A stretch of 64,000 bases of DNA. It comes from Lytechinus pictus (lineage: Eukaryota). The stretch spans positions 41,170,001 through 41,234,000 of the forward strand of contig NC_087251.1 of the NCBI RefSeq assembly GCF_037042905.1, read 5' to 3'. The position numbers and the translations under genes are program-made. How positions within the stretch are numbered: position 1 is the stretch's first letter; the number at the start of each line of letters is the position of its first letter. The notes below the pieces were generated by a model that worked only from the letters and a program-made list of their open reading frames with translations, was not told where the DNA came from and ran no database searches. Positions 1 through 12,703 of this stretch are shown piece after piece.

Positions 1-465
1 CCAACCACAACTATGGACAACCAGCAACGTCAACATCTAAAATGCAATTTCGTTCAAAATATCTTCTAGAAATTATGCATATTCATACATTCATCGTTCT
101 CTTAAAGAATCACTGTGATTATCTTGGTTTACTAAGGAGATTCTGCAAATTTCCTGCTGAAAAAATTATGTTATGGATGGATTCCATACAGTTGAGATGG
201 ATTGGATCCATCCTAAAACTTTGTAAGACAGGGCCCTGCTTCGTTTTCTTTCCGTTTGTCTCATCCTACTTCATCTACGTTTGTCAACTAGCCATTTTGT
301 CTTATTGCCATAGCTGTTTTAACATTTTGTGTAATGTCCAGTTAAGATATACCTGTTCTGTTTACTACATGTATCAACTAGGTCTCACATCACTTATAGT
401 CTTTTTGATTTGATGAACTACTTCTGAACCAATACTAAGGAGACAGAGTGGAAATTAGACCTATC

Positions 466-765
466 AGCCCGTATTCTGAAGTCAGGTTTAACTTAGACCA
501 CGGTCTAACTCTGTCCTAAAATTATGGGGAGGCAAAATCTCACAAATTCAGTTTATATTGTATATTTCCTATGTTGTTTCCTTTTGGTTTCATAATGAAG
601 AAAAATACAGTTATCATTCCCAGACAAATATGAACAATTTGAGTGTCAAATTAGTTAATAAAGTGGATTTGTACTGTTAGGGATTTGTGCCCCAATTGGC
701 TATCCATAGTTAAACCACAACTTAAAACCAGGGTTTAATCTAAACCCGAGTTCAGAATACGGGCC
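466..765. mobile_element. Harbinger-like MITE (GGCCCGTATTCTGAA family)
   Basis: TIRs; paralog at 32476-32780. Confidence 0.75.
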
Positions 766-1113
766 ATTGGGTATTAGACTAAATGAGAATGGGACTCATT
801 ATTACGAAAAGTGTAGTGTAGAAAAAACAGCAAATTAGACCATATTGATAGATGTAGTATTAGACTGTCTGAAAAGTAGACCAACTGCTTGACACCAAGT
901 GAATATAAACTTTTACCAAACAACACCCGACCTCATATTGACAGATAATGAATCTGCATAATAGGTGAAGCTTTTGAATTTGACATTGGTTAAAAAGGAA
1001 CTGAACTGTATTACTGGGTAATAATCGAGTTATGGAGGTATATCTTTCTCTTTCTAATAAATCAAAATTTGTCTGGCATTTCGGTTAAACATCACCTACT
1101 GCCATATTAGTAC

Positions 1114-2124
1114 AACAAGTGGAACGCCTCTGGCAGTCTCGCCTGCATTACGCAATTTAATATAGCAGCAGTGCTAACTTTGAAAACTACTATAAAATAA
1201 TCATTCACAAAAACATCATTCATATAATGACATAATACCACGTTCATTGACCATAAATGACATTTGAACGGAGACTTAAGACTGTCAACTACACCCATGT
1301 CCACATTTCATTCACTCTATCCATAAACTTTCAAAGTTATGATGGCACTTCAACAATTACCCCAACATGGCCTAAGTTTATTGACCTTAACTGACCTTTG
1401 ACTTGGTTTTGTGACCTGAAACTCACAGGGGATGTTCAGTGATGCTTGATTACTCTTATATCCCAATTTTTATGAACTAGATCCATAAACTTTCACAGTT
1501 AGGATGGTAATTCAACAAATACCCCCAACACGGCCAAAGTTCATTGACCTTTAATGACCTTTGACCATGGTCATGTGACCTGAAACTCGTACAGGATGTT
1601 CAGTGGTACTTGATTAACCTAATGTCCAAGTTTCATGAACTAAATCCATCAATTTTCAAAGTTATGATAGTAATTCAACGAATACCCCCAACTTGACCAA
1701 AGTTCATTGACCCTAAATGACCTTTGACCTTGGTCACGTGACCTGCAACTCAAGGATGTTCACTAATACTTGATTAACCTTATGCCCAAGTTTCATGAAC
1801 TAGGTCCATATACTTTCTAAGCTATGATGTCATTTCAAAAACTTAACCTTCGGTTAAGATTTTGAAAATAATTTTCCCAACATGGTCTAAGTTCATTGAC
1901 CCTAAATGACCTTTGACCTTGGTCATGTGACCTGAAACTCAGGCAGGAAGTTCAGTAATACTTGATTAACCTTATGTCCAAGTTTCATGAACTAGGTCCA
2001 TATACTTTTTAAGTTATGATGTCATTTCAAAAACTTAACCTTAGGTTAAGATTTGATGTTGACGCCGCCGCCGTCGGAAAAGCGGCGCCTATAGTCTCGC
2101 TCGGTTATGCAGGCGAGACAAAAA
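1114..2124 (-). mobile_element. Helentron-associated non-autonomous element (HINE/DINE-1-like), copy 1
   Basis: On minus strand: T-run, subTIR TGTCTCGCCTGCAT, partial IR, (GGC)n, ~160-190 bp central tandem repeats, 3' subTIR, hairpin, CTTGTT; no TSD. Confidence 0.8.
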
Positions 2125-2469
2125 TCAACTAAACATGAATTGATCATAAAGAGAACAAACATTATATTCTTCTCGATGTGAATTTGGGTATTCCTCTATC
2201 AAATCTTATCTGCATCACATGAAGAACCATTTTAAGCTTCTGGAAGATACCTTTTGATCTGAAATGACCACGGATAGCACATGGCTACTCATCAAAGAAT
2301 GTTCTAAATCAATAAAATAGACACGAAAAGAATATTAGGAGACTCCTGCCTGTGACAGACATACCAACTAGCTTGTCATTGAAGATCTTAGGATATTCCG
2401 GCCAGTGAAGACATACCAACTAGCCTGTCATTGAAGATCTTAGGATAGTCCTGCCTGTGAATGACTTAC

Positions 2470-2625
2470 CAACTAGCTTGTCATTGAAGATCTTCGGATA
2501 TCCTCTATTTGGATAGCGCCCTCTCAGTTGCCATACATCAAAGAATGGTTTCCAGTCAATATAAGGAACCAGAAGAGATAGGTCATAATCCTCATAAACC
2601 TTTGTTCCAATGAAAGATGGTTCAA
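2470..2625 (-). CDS. MTR: MTR exon 21 ([28 protein letters not shown], start of activation domain); gene continues beyond window start
   Basis: Conserved motif; AG/GT; no further exon recognised in 1-2469. Confidence 0.95.
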
Positions 2626-3427
2626 CTACAAAGAAAACAATAAAACCAAACGATCATAAGATTTGGTACTGGATCAGTTCTACTTGAATATCACCTAACA
2701 TTCCAATATTACAAAAGTGTAGTGTCCATTGAATGCTTTTTCAGCCATTAGAATTTAAATTTGGCATTTTTTAGCTTTTAGATTATGACTATGTCATCTG
2801 GTGCCCCCTCAGAGTAATGTGTTTTTATCTTCATATAAAAATAGTCCTTTGTGCATTTACTTTACAAATGTAATAAAAATTGGACAGCTACAGACAAAGA
2901 TTCCATCAGAAATTTTCAGCCCATTCCATGCTCAAGAAGAATTTAATATTAACAAGACAAAAATATGCAGATAATTCATTATAATTGGACACCAGATCAA
3001 AATTTAATCTTGATGTAAAATCTGTAAATTTATCCAACAAAAAAACCAACAAAACACATGTTTACAATTACATCCTTCGTATCACAGACATTTTAGGTTA
3101 TATATTTTCAGATAATCTAGTAATGAATTGGAACAGTGTCATCTACTTTTGGGATAGGCACAGATACTAAACATAGGATTTAATATTTCATAAATCCATA
3201 TACTTTAATACTTTCCCCAACAAAAAGTAAATGTTTAAACAAACGAAATTCATGATAGCACTGTAACTTCTTCCTGTGTCATTTTTAATTATCAATATAA
3301 CAATTTAAAGATCTAAATGAATCCCAACGATGAAACACACATCATTAAATCATTATTTAAAAAAAAAAACTCCAGAACATAAAAAAATTATTTGAGTGGC
3401 ATTAGAATGTGCAGATGAAAGACTTAC

Positions 3428-3500
3428 CAGGCTCAAAGACGCTCCAATCGATTTCAAACTTCCTTTCTCTGACTTCTGACAGAGAAAGATATTTTCTATC
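3428..3500 (-). CDS. MTR: MTR exon 20 (DRKYLSLSEVRERKFEIDW)
   Basis: Manual translation; AG/GT; phase 0-1. Confidence 0.92.
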
Positions 3501-4399
3501 CTGTAAGGGGAAAAGAAAATAAATGGAAAAAATAAAGAAAATAACACAACCTGACAACTAAAACACCATGACAGCCCTGTAACATAAACGTTAGCAATGA
3601 TCATAGAACAAGTTTTTATGAATGATTTGAATTGCATACACTTCACAATCAAATCGTCAAAATCAAGCCTAAGATCTATCGTTAAGCCTTGCGATACAGG
3701 GATCATAGCAGGGCAATTCCACAAAATTATCAACTTTTTTGTACGTCCGACCCCCATTTTTCTCATATCTTGCTTTACTTCATAATCTGACCAGGTCATG
3801 GTCATTTGAGAGCATTACAGACCATCAAAAGAACAATAAATCAGAGACAGAAAATTTTATGAAGGTCCCACATTTAGGGGGCCGGACGTACATATTTTAT
3901 GGAATTGCCAAGCAGCATTTATCAGATGATGATGAGCTCAGTATAAATGCAGTATGAGTTCAATAGAACGACGCATCCATCCCTCTTACTATATTCAAAG
4001 AAGAGCACGGAGTAGGTAATTGAAAATTATCTATCATTCATGTGAAATTGAATTTGAGACAAGTGCATTTGCAATTTATGTCATCAAATGATAATGAAAA
4101 TATTAAATTGAAAAGAACTGAATAGAATTCATTTACATTCGCAATGAAGAAATTGGTCTTCTAAAGGGGTAAATACATATAAAAAAAAGAGTAGACTTTG
4201 AGTACACAAACAAAATTTGATTCAGCCCTAGGTCTTAGTTCAACACATACAAAACTTGAAGAAAAACAAGTTACAAAGAAAATGTTGTTATAGCTTCAGA
4301 TACCCAACCCTTCTTCCCATCCCTTGTCCTCTACCTTATTATGGAACTACTGTACAGACTGACACTGTATATGGGACCAAAGAAAATTGATCTTCTTAC

Positions 4400-4498
4400 C
4401 TTAAGAGAATCATAGTGATCTTCTCTAACTTCTTCATATTCTTCTTTGATGTCTTCAACAAAGTCATCATACTGATCTTGGTCAATTAATGATGAACA
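4400..4498 (-). CDS. MTR: MTR exon 19 (CSSLIDQDQYDDFVEDIKEEYEEVREDHYDSLK)
   Basis: Manual translation; AG/GT. Confidence 0.94.
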
Positions 4499-5209
4499 CT
4501 AGATGTAAACAAAGTACAGGTCAAGTGTTGAAATAGTTTGATATTGAGTTCATGGATTTTTTTTTTTTTGGGGGGGGGGTGATACTGTAAGAAATGTGTC
4601 AAAGAGTATGTGCCTGATGATTTATTTTCCCCAAAATCAAGAATCATGTAAAATAAATACACATAGAAAAAGAGAGTGCAATATTTTGCATTTCAGGAAA
4701 TAAACTTCATTTAAAGCTTTCTTGATTGAACTTCAAAAGAATTTGAAAAGCCAAGGTGAATCTTAAAAGCCATTTACTAAAAATTAAATTCCCTTTGATT
4801 TCAAGCTCATGCATCACTTTTTGAAGTCAGGGACAATATGAACACTTCTCCCCATATTAACTCTTTGTCATGTGTATCATAAAATGCAGGACTGCTTGAA
4901 TATGTTTAAAGAACGTATGAAAAACCATAAAATGATGGCAATATACTTCATGAAAACAATGATTAAACAAAATATATGTGTATTCAGGAAGCACAGTAGA
5001 ATGCGATACAGTTGATCATTCACTGTAATTTCTTTTGTTTATGTAGAGTGTCGAGCAGAGGAGAGTCTGTGTTTGGTGACGGTAGTCCATCATAGAAAGG
5101 GGGAGGTAAAGTGTGAACAAATTGAAGAAAAGTTGTTGGTGGGATAGAGAAATCAAATAAAGAGTAATCAAATTCATCCACCAATCATCGGAGCAGGACA
5201 ATTCCATTA

Positions 5210-5850
5210 AGTATGGAAGTGAGACCTTAATTCGCGCATTACCTAATTTTGCGCACAGTCGAATATCTCAATATCTAATTAATATCTTGAAAAACTGATA
5301 TCACCAACAGAAAGAGCAACTTCAAATTACTGAGTATGGTAATCTTCTTGAAGGTAAGGTCTCTATTTTTGAAAATATTGGCAAAACATCTGCAAATTTT
5401 GTTACATTTTGCATCCACTCCGAGAAAATCCGATCTTCTCGACAAGCATCAAGAAATCGCTCTCCAAATAAGTAAGTAAAATGTGGTACCAACCAAATTA
5501 ATGGCATTTTAACCTCCGTCTGATATAATTATCTTACCTATGTCTACTTGGTTTCTTTTCTAAATCCTTGCAAAACGACCATGCGCAAATTAAGGTCGCA
5601 CTTTTTTATGACACTTTTCAGCCGAGCGCGCACTAGTCGATCGCCATGGAATTTTGAGATCGTGATACCGGCAAAACCCTTGACCTACTTTATAATTCCG
5701 TTAAGCAAATTTTACTTTTGGATCTTGCCTTCTGTTTGGTATTCATGGTTTTGATTAAATTTGTGTGAGCTGTGAAAAATTTTTGATTGAAAATCAACTT
5801 CATGATCATTTTTAAAATAGGCGCAAATTAGGGTACATATGTACATCCGA
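5210..5850. mobile_element. Unclassified DNA repeat (GACCTTAATTCGCG IRs); truncated paralog at 35100-35835
   Basis: Internal IR 5217/5603; alignable paralog. Confidence 0.6.
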
Positions 5851-5865
5851 CCCAAACACACACCG

Positions 5866-6130
5866 TTGGTGTATTGGCTAAGTTGGTACAGCGTCCGTCT
5901 CACAACAGAAAAGTTGAAAGTTCAAACCCCGGCCATGTCAGACTAAAAGACGTAAAAAGATGGGAATTGCTGCTACCCGGTTTGGCGTTCAACGATTCAA
6001 GGCATAGAGCTACGTCGATCTGGCGCTGCTCAGTGGCGGCCGGGCCCAAGATCAATTGGGCAATATGAATTTTCAGAATATTTCTATTCTAAGATTTCTA
6101 TTTCAGACAATAAAATGTGGATTTTCATGT
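5866..6130 (+). mobile_element. tRNA-derived SINE, second family
   Basis: A/B boxes; paralog at 18504-19310. Confidence 0.75.
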
Positions 6131-6295
6131 TTTTCTTTTATATCTACAACCTTCCTTAAACGATTTATCTTAGTTTTCTAATCATTTGAAAATTTGCAGT
6201 GCTCTCAAATGATTAGGGCTTGAGCAGTTGATGACGTAAAGCAGGAAACAAAAGGGTGATTATTTTCACGGAATTGCCCAGAAAGGAATGCTTAC

Positions 6296-6498
6296 CACTA
6301 CAACACTCTTGGAGGCATCTAGTACATGGATAGTAGGTGAGGAGTAGCACGGTGCAATCTTGACGGCTGTATGGGTTTTAGAAGTTGTAGCGCCCCCTAT
6401 GAGCAACGGAAGGGAGAAACCAAGTCTCTCCATCTCCTTGGCAACATGGATCATCTCATCAAGAGAGGGTGTTATCAGACCAGATAGTCCAACAATGT
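6296..6498 (-). CDS. MTR: MTR exon 18 ([13 protein letters not shown]...LLIGGATTS)
   Basis: SxL and GG motifs of B12-binding domain; AG/GT. Confidence 0.97.
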
Positions 6499-7132
6499 CT
6501 GTTTCACAACAAGTAAGGAAATGCATAAATATGAACATTTCTTCTGCACCATTTTATATGCATCAGTTAATTACAAAATTTTCACTGCCTTTTATCAGCT
6601 TTCTCTTCCAATAATTTTTTTTTTCAAACTAAAAAAAATTCAAAAATAAGAAGAGCAAATAATGTAAAATCACATGACATTAATACATATATATATCTAC
6701 AATCTAAAGAAAAATTCAGTTGCGGCTCCTACACTCTGTAACTCACTTCCCCTTAGCTTAAGATCTCATTCCTCTCTCAGTTCCTTTAAAGGAGTACGAC
6801 ATATCTCTTCTGCACATTGTAATCAATCTTATTTTCACAGATAATTTGTCCTTTAAGTTTGTAGTTAAGTTATTAAAGGTAGTTCAGTTAGTAATTGAGT
6901 TTAGTTAATTAAATCAAACGGTTAGATTTTGTAATGCAAACAGCTTAGAGAAATTCTTATAGGAGCTATATAAATATTGAATTATTTATATTATCATCAA
7001 AGAGACATTTTCAATATGAAATGCACCCAAATGAAGGCATAGCAAGCATGAAACATTCTAAAGCAAACTAATCATAACATTAATGAATCAATTCAGCTAA
7101 AATGTATGACTGTGGACTGTTTATTTGCTTAC

Positions 7133-7301
7133 CGGCTTTTTCTTGAATAGCTGTCTGGAGTATCTTCTCGCATGGGGTCATGACCCCAAGGTCAATTACC
7201 CTGTAATTATTACAGCCTAATACAACGCCTACAATGTTCTTGCCGATGTCGTGTACATCTCCCTTGACCGTGGCTAGGACTATGGTACCGCTATTGAAAG
7301 A
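7133..7301 (-). CDS. MTR: MTR exon 17 (B12-binding DxHxx[14 protein letters not shown])
   Basis: Cobalamin-binding His motif; AG/GT. Confidence 0.97.
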
Positions 7302-7313
7302 CTGGAAGCATGT

Positions 7314-7605
7314 ATAATAATAATAGTCAGTTCTTGTATAGCGCATGACACATAATGACTAACGTCTCTATGCGCTTCCAAAGGACTTGGATATTATTAC
7401 CCTGGCTGTAGCTCAAGCAGCTTTTACGCGCTCGGCATTTCAAGGATTAAATTCCTGCCAGGTACCCATTCACCTTACCTGGGTTGAGTGCAGCACAATG
7501 TGGATTAATTTCTTGCTGAAGGAAACTACGCCATGGCTGGGATTTGAACCCACAACCCTCTGTTTCAAAGTCTGGAGACTAATCCACTGGGCCACAACGC
7601 TCCAC
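7314..7605 (-). mobile_element. Full-length tRNA-derived SINE with L2-like tail
   Basis: A box TGGCCCAGTGG, B box GGTTCAAATCC, AATGGGTACC core, GCGCTATA..(TAT)n tail. Confidence 0.85.
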
Positions 7606-7725
7606 TATTGAATTGATTAACATTTGACATTGATTATTGAACAAATATCATTTATACTGCCATAAAGATGTTTTAACCCTTAATGAACACAAATAAGATG
7701 GTGAGAATCAATTTCAATAAACCTG

Positions 7726-8190
7726 GGGCCCGTTTCACAAAGCTGTTCGTAAGTTGCAAATGACTTTACGCATGACTGTTGACCCTTTCTTGTGCTATAT
7801 GATATATCCCTAGCTGACTTATGTAAAGAACATGTTCCAGTCGTTCGTAAAGTTGTGCGTAACTTTACGAACAGCTTTATGAAACAGCACCCTGGATTAA
7901 TTAGATAAGCTTATAATTAAATTCAGAGTAATGAAACTTTTCAGGAGTATCAAAAGTTTGATGAAATTTACATGAAATTTCTTAGGAAATTATTGATTGT
8001 CATATTCTCTTAGAATCCTGGTGGGTGTTTCATATAGCTGTTCGTAAGTTAAGAGCGACTTTAAGAACGACTGGTGATCCTTTCTTGTGGAAAATGTATA
8101 TTCATTGGCGATGGTTAAGCGCGTAAGAAAGGTTCACCAGTCGTTCTTAAAGTCGCTCTTAACTTACGAACATTTTTATGAAACGGCTCC
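7726..8190. mobile_element. Two adjacent ~170-bp Harbinger-like MITEs (7726-7891, 8021-8190) with CWG flanks
   Basis: GGG..GTTTCATAAAG TIRs; related element at 41214-41360. Confidence 0.7.
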
Positions 8191-8393
8191 CAGATAAAAT
8201 GATTTAAGTTCAAAGCAAATTCACCATGAGAATGAATAATTACTTTAAGCATCCTGCTACTGGCCCTTCCCAATTACATCATCATATCCTCCTCTATCTT
8301 AGCTGTCTTTCTCTGTCCCTTTCCTTCTTTCATTTCCTCTCTTCTCCCATCCTTTTCTCTCTTACCTTCCCACTCTCTCTCTCTTTCTCCCTA

Positions 8394-8861
<468 letters not shown>

Positions 8862-9432
8862 TTACCAGACAGCATCTGTTCACTAGTATTGTTTAAATAC
8901 AGATAACTACCAAGTTTCCATATAAAACAAATGGAACATGAAGTATCATGGTGAAATATAGCTATACTTTCCTTATCTTTTTTTTTTTATCATTTCCCAA
9001 AATAACTGCGAAGAGTGACTGCTATGGCCTCTCATTAAGTCAAATAAGATATTTTTTCTTTCACAAGTAGGCTAGAGGGTCATATCAATCAATAACAAGC
9101 ATAAATATGATTGAAACGGTATTAGTTCCATTATAACTAAAATGCTCAAGGTCACAAGTAGCATGACAAAACAACATTAAATATTTAGTACAGGGAGCAT
9201 TTTATGCAACAAATGATGATGATCTATTGTTATAAGCTACTGAAATCCTTGCATCTGATTGGCTGAGAGCTAATTATTTTTTTATTGAATTATCGAATGG
9301 TTTATTTCAAATATACAATGAAAATAGCAACCGACCAGCTGAATTACATTAAGTTACAAATGGTATATACAGACATATAAAATATATACAACTTAAAATA
9401 AAATATGCAAGTATAAAAGGCAGATTCATGTT

Positions 9433-12212
9433 AAAAAAGTGGAGCGCCTCTGGCAGTCTCTCCTGCATCACGCGATTCAATATAGCAGCAGTGCTGACTT
9501 TGAAAACTACTATAAAATAATTATTCACAAAATACACCATTTAAATAATGATACAATACTACGTTCATTGACAATAAATGACATTTGCAGAGCTGCCAAC
9601 CTTGTGCAAGCAAAAAAAGGAATCATTATGGCCAAAAAAAGGAATTTCCAACAAAAAAAAGGAATGTGTTAAAACGAACCTTAAAACGACATGCGACAAA
9701 CATCCAATGCAAAAAGTATGTATGCAGTGAACAATTAAAAAAAAGTTAATCTCTAGGCCTAGTCTGGGCTAAGTAACGGAGCGTTACAAATTGGACCCTT
9801 ATTTTAATTAAGTCAGTAGCAGGGCTTGAATTAAGAATTGAGAGGGGCAAGGCCATTTTCAAATGGGCACTTTCAGCTTGGGGCAACCGGCAAAGTGGCC
9901 TTGGATGCCCCAAAATTTCAAGGGGTATCAAGGCCATTCTAAAGGACATGAAGGCCACTTTTATTCTAGTCAAATGGGCACCTAGGCAAATTTTTCTAAA
10001 AATGACAAGTAGGCCTTTCATTTTGTAGTGCAACCTACTCCGGCACTTATCAAAGTGAAGATCTGTCGAGAAAAAATTCTTTCAGGGGCACCAAAATCAG
10101 TTCTGGTGAACATTTTTAGGGCCCCATTTTTCTGGGGCTTCCTTTCCACTTCTAAAATAATTAATTGTTTTATGTTGAGTTTCCTGACAAAACTACCAAA
10201 TTGTAGACTAAGAGAAATATAAAAAAAAAGTTGACATCAATTCAGACTTCTCTTCCCAAGTAACATTGTTTTTGCCAAACAGTACCCTTTAAAATTAAAG
10301 TGTCATAAAATGGAAGTGTACATGTAACATTCCACAAACATAGAAAAATTATTCATAAATCAATCTAATCTAAAATTCAAATAGATCTATAGATAAGAAG
10401 TTGAAATCATTCCACAAAAGTCCCATCGTAAATCACTTCACGATGTGCACAGCTCAGCCTCAATCACACTGCACGCACACTCAATCATCCCCAGCAGTGA
10501 CGGCACTATAGAGCAGACATCTAGGCCGCCAGAACCGGGGAAGAAATCTTCCCATTCCTGCTAAACTGAATGCTAAAGTGCCGACTTTTTTAATGAATTC
10601 CAAAGGCAGTAGGACATCTCTCTAGTATAAATCATGTGAAACTATCAATAAATGTTAAAATCACCCAGAATTATTACTTCAAGGGACAATGAAGAGCTTT
10701 CCAGGTCTTTTCAAAGCCGAATTCATCGTGTTTGATACGATTACGAGTTGATGAAAATTAACCAGACAGTACCGTTATCCGAAGGGAATTGATATTAATC
10801 AATTCAAGAAAATAGCCTCAAAATTTCATTTCTTTATCACAACAATTAATTTTAAAGTATATGAAAAATATCTTTTGATGATTCAATCTTTAATATATAT
10901 GATGAGTATTTTTGTAAAATTTTGCAAATGGAATAATAATTTCCCTCAAACCTCCAAATCCCCCTCCATTACAAATGGACTCTTCTCTTACTACATTTGG
11001 GAATTACCCTACCCAATTCATCGTACTCCTCGCTCTGCGCTGCAAGAACAAACGTTGGCTCGATCACCTGAAGAGTGTTGGCCCGTGCGTAAAGACAACG
11101 TATTAGCAGTAACGTTAGATCTAAATTCTGAAATCTGATTTTCGGATCGTTTTTTTGTACATAAAACATCACTTTATAGGAAAGAAATTACATGCAAATT
11201 TAAGATAAAATATATAAAATTCAGAAATATCGTACCTTAGACCGCAGTTACTGTTATTTCCTTTCAAATGATGATCAAAACATAATCATCCTCGATCCTT
11301 TCGTTTGTCATCGTAAGTTGCCATCTTGGATGACGTCATCATCCTTACAGACGTATTTACCAGTCGCTATACATCGCGATTCGTACCATGCATGCCGCTC
11401 GCATATTCAACTAACGTATATGTACGTGCACGCTATCAAATTATTAAAGTGCGTTGGAAAACCGGCCGGCGGGCGACTACGCACGCGCAAATACCAGGCT
11501 CATCTCGGGCTCAACCACTGAACTAGAAATACGTATTTCTAGTTCAGTGGGCTCAACACGCACTCCACATACATACAATTATGTTCACACATTATCAAAA
11601 TTGTCAAAAAACGTAATTTGAAAAGAAAAACCATAATGCCGTAATTTGAATGAAAAAACGTAATGATTACGGCAAAAACGTAATGGTTGGCAGCTCTGCA
11701 TTTGACCTTGATCATGCGACCTAAGACTTGTCAGTGATACTTGATTACCCCTATATCCACATTTCATAAACTATAAACTTTGAAAGTTATGACAGCAATC
11801 TAATAATTACCTCCAAAATGGCTAAAGTTCAATGACCTTAAATGACCTTTGACTTTGGTCATGTGACCTGAAACTTGCATGAGATGTTCAGTGATACTTG
11901 ATTACTCTAATGTCCAACTTTTATCAACTAGACCAATAAATTTCAAATTTATGATGGTAATTCAACAAATACCCTTAACTTGGCCAAAGTTCATTGACCT
12001 TAAATGACCTTCGACCTTGATCATGACCTTAGTCATGTGACCTGAAACTCAGGCAGGATGTTCAGTAATACTTGATTAACCATATGGCCAAGTTTCATGA
12101 ACTAGGTCCATATACTTTCTAAGTTATGCTGTCATTTAAAAGACTTAACCTTCGGTTAAGATTTGGTGTTGACCCCGCCGTCGGACAAGCGGCGCCTAAG
12201 TCTCACTCTGCA
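9433..12212 (-). mobile_element. HINE copy 2, split by insertion 9588-11698
   Basis: Halves 9433-9587 and 11699-12212 match copy 1. Confidence 0.8.
9588..11698. mobile_element. 2.1-kb non-autonomous DNA transposon, TIR CAGAGCTGCCAACC, 6-bp TSD CATTTG
   Basis: Perfect 14-bp TIR; TSD at 9582-9587 and 11699-11704. Confidence 0.85.
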
Positions 12213-12339
12213 AACTATGAAAACGGAGCTTGAAATGAGGTAAATGTCGCTGTTGAAACGCCACCAACGATGGCGCTTCAGTCAGTGAAAATCACTGACA
12301 AAACTTTTGATGAAACAAGTTGTTTGTGAGGATTCTTAC

Positions 12340-12438
12340 TTTCATGAGTGGTCCCTCAATGATATGCAATGGTCTTGGATATCTCTCACTATTCAGCCTT
12401 GCTTCTTCAGTGTCTTCTACTGCATACTTGTCAATACC
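12340..12438 (-). CDS. MTR: MTR exon 15 (GIDKYAVEDTEEAR...PLHIIEGPLMK)
   Basis: Manual translation; AG/GT. Confidence 0.95.
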
Positions 12439-12490
12439 CTGTGGAAAAGAAAAGAAAATATATTACAATCAACAAATGAACAAGTCACAC

Positions 12491-12703
12491 GGAGGCGCGA
12501 TAGCTCAGTCGGTAGAGCGGGGGATTCGTATTCCGGTGACCCGGGTTTCGATTCCCACTTGGTGCGCTAGTGCCCTTTGGTAAGGCATTAATCCTCAGTA
12601 CCAGGTCCTTCGAGGAGGACCTTAAGCCGTCGGTCCTCTGGTTGCTTACCTACAAGCATTCATGCTTTCTTAGCAATCAGGTAAAAAAATCACCACCACC
12701 ACA
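12491..12703 (+). mobile_element. tRNA-derived SINE
   Basis: A box TAGCTCAGTCGG, B box GTTTCGATTCC, then GTGCCCTTTGGTAAGGCA SINE body. Confidence 0.75.

Noticed and set aside
1370..2050. Regularly spaced repeats resembling a CRISPR array
   Set aside because: The whole ~160-bp unit is repeated with no unique spacers; these are internal repeats of a eukaryotic HINE, and there are no cas genes.
1..2330. Next MTR exon, or ORF 42-413
   Set aside because: No frame resembling the expected activation-domain sequence was found; the ORF has no recognisable motif.
12491..12565. tRNA-like sequences (also 5866, 7605, 18504, 35841)
   Set aside because: No complete cloverleaf; each runs into a SINE body and tail.
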